Source: an uncultured Chloroflexia bacterium
GTDB lineage: Bacteria; Chloroflexota; Limnocylindria; Limnocylindrales; CSP1-4
Direction: 5' to 3'
Assembly (NCBI GenBank): GCA_963732805.1
Contig: CAVTAW010000002.1
Coordinates: forward strand, 826,801 to 890,800
Length of the DNA stretch: 64,000 nucleotides
In this document: positions 63,366 to 64,000 of the stretch, one piece after another
How positions within the stretch are numbered: position 1 is the first letter of the stretch
Layout: each line of letters starts with the position of its first letter
The notes under the pieces: generated by a model
What the model saw: the letters and a program-made list of their open reading frames with translations, nothing else
Database searches by the model: none
Told to the model about the DNA's origin: nothing
Made by a program: the position numbers and the translations under genes

Positions 63366-64000
63366 ATGGCTGGCCGAGCGCTGCTCCTGCGGGTGGAACC
63401 GGGGTTCAGCCTCCCCGCGTTCGAACGCTTCGTGCCCCCGCCGCCTCCATCGCTGGTCGCTGCTCGCCTGGAGGCCGCGTCCGCGCCCGGGGACATCGTG
63501 CTCGACCTGTTCGGGCGCGGTGGCTGGGTCGCCCGGTCCGCGATCGACCACCAGCGCAAGGGGGTCAGCCTCGAGAGCACCGCTCTCGACCGGCTGCTGG
63601 CGGAGGTCGTGCTGCGGCCGCCCGACCTGCGCCATCTCGACGCCGCGGTCCAGGCGCTGGGCGCCTCTGCCCGCCGGGAATCGAGCCTCAAGGCATCGAT
63701 CACGGACCGGTTCGCGAGTCGCTGCGCCACCTGTGACCGGCCCGTGATCCTCGACGAGATCACCTGGACAGCGGGCGGCGAATCCGGTGACGAGTCGCCC
63801 ATCCCGACTCGCAAGCACTACCGGTGCCCGATCTGCCGCGATCAGCTCGGCGGTGGGGAGCTGCGCCAGGCGCCGCTGGACGCACAGGATGTCGCGCGCG
63901 CGCTCGACCGTGACGGCGGCGAGGTGCGTGCCCGGCTCCTCGATCGGTTCCCGGTGCTCGACGGCGGCGAGCTGCTGCCGGGCGAGCTGCTGGACCTCCA
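63366..64000 (+). CDS. DNA methyltransferase-like zinc-ribbon protein, 3'-truncated by the window edge
   Basis: Open frame from ATG 63366 (MAGRALLLRVEPG...), absent from the ORF track; PGDIVLDLFGRGG resembles motif I; CATC and CPIC pairs. Confidence 0.7.
   Translation, partial: MAGRALLLRVEPGFSLPAFERFVPPPPPSLVAARLEAASAPGDIVLDLFGRGGWVARSAIDHQRKGVSLESTALDRLLAEVVLRPPDLRHLDAAVQALGASARRESSLKASITDRFASRCATCDRPVILDEITWTAGGESGDESPIPTRKHYRCPICRDQLGGGELRQAPLDAQDVARALDRDGGEVRARLLDRFPVLDGGELLPGELLDL

Overview
A very GC-rich, gene-dense chromosomal window. The conserved small SWIM protein, the TPR protein and the gene style suggest a Chloroflexota bacterium (inference only). I saw no rRNA, tRNA, CRISPR array or mobile element. 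Gene content in order: a SAM-cycle cluster (apt, a catalytically degenerate MtnA-like protein, GNAT, ahcY, S9 peptidase, metK); a polyamine ABC transporter; manC and phosphomannomutase; three secreted proteins including a metzincin; btuFCD under a cobalamin riboswitch; a GcvT-like/M20 operon divergent from two phytoene-desaturase-like FAD oxidoreductases, with a candidate ~150-nt structured RNA and repeats between them; surE, a frameshifted AI-2E transporter and trpS; hom-thrC-thrB; a long lysC-birA-ECF sigma-anti-sigma-acc-fab operon; two diguanylate cyclases; polX; a TPR/HIRAN-like protein; and a truncated methylase-like ORF. The most notable signal is that the acc/fab operon encodes both a normal AccB (EAMK) and a second AccB paralogue that cannot be biotinylated (DLLG), resembling plant BADC proteins, together with an embedded ECF sigma/anti-sigma pair. 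Other highlights are the pseudo-MtnA, the unassigned structured RNA, an ATGA-coupled mini-ORF relay before surE, and frequent leaderless promoters. All assignments come from motif recognition by eye; no searches were run.
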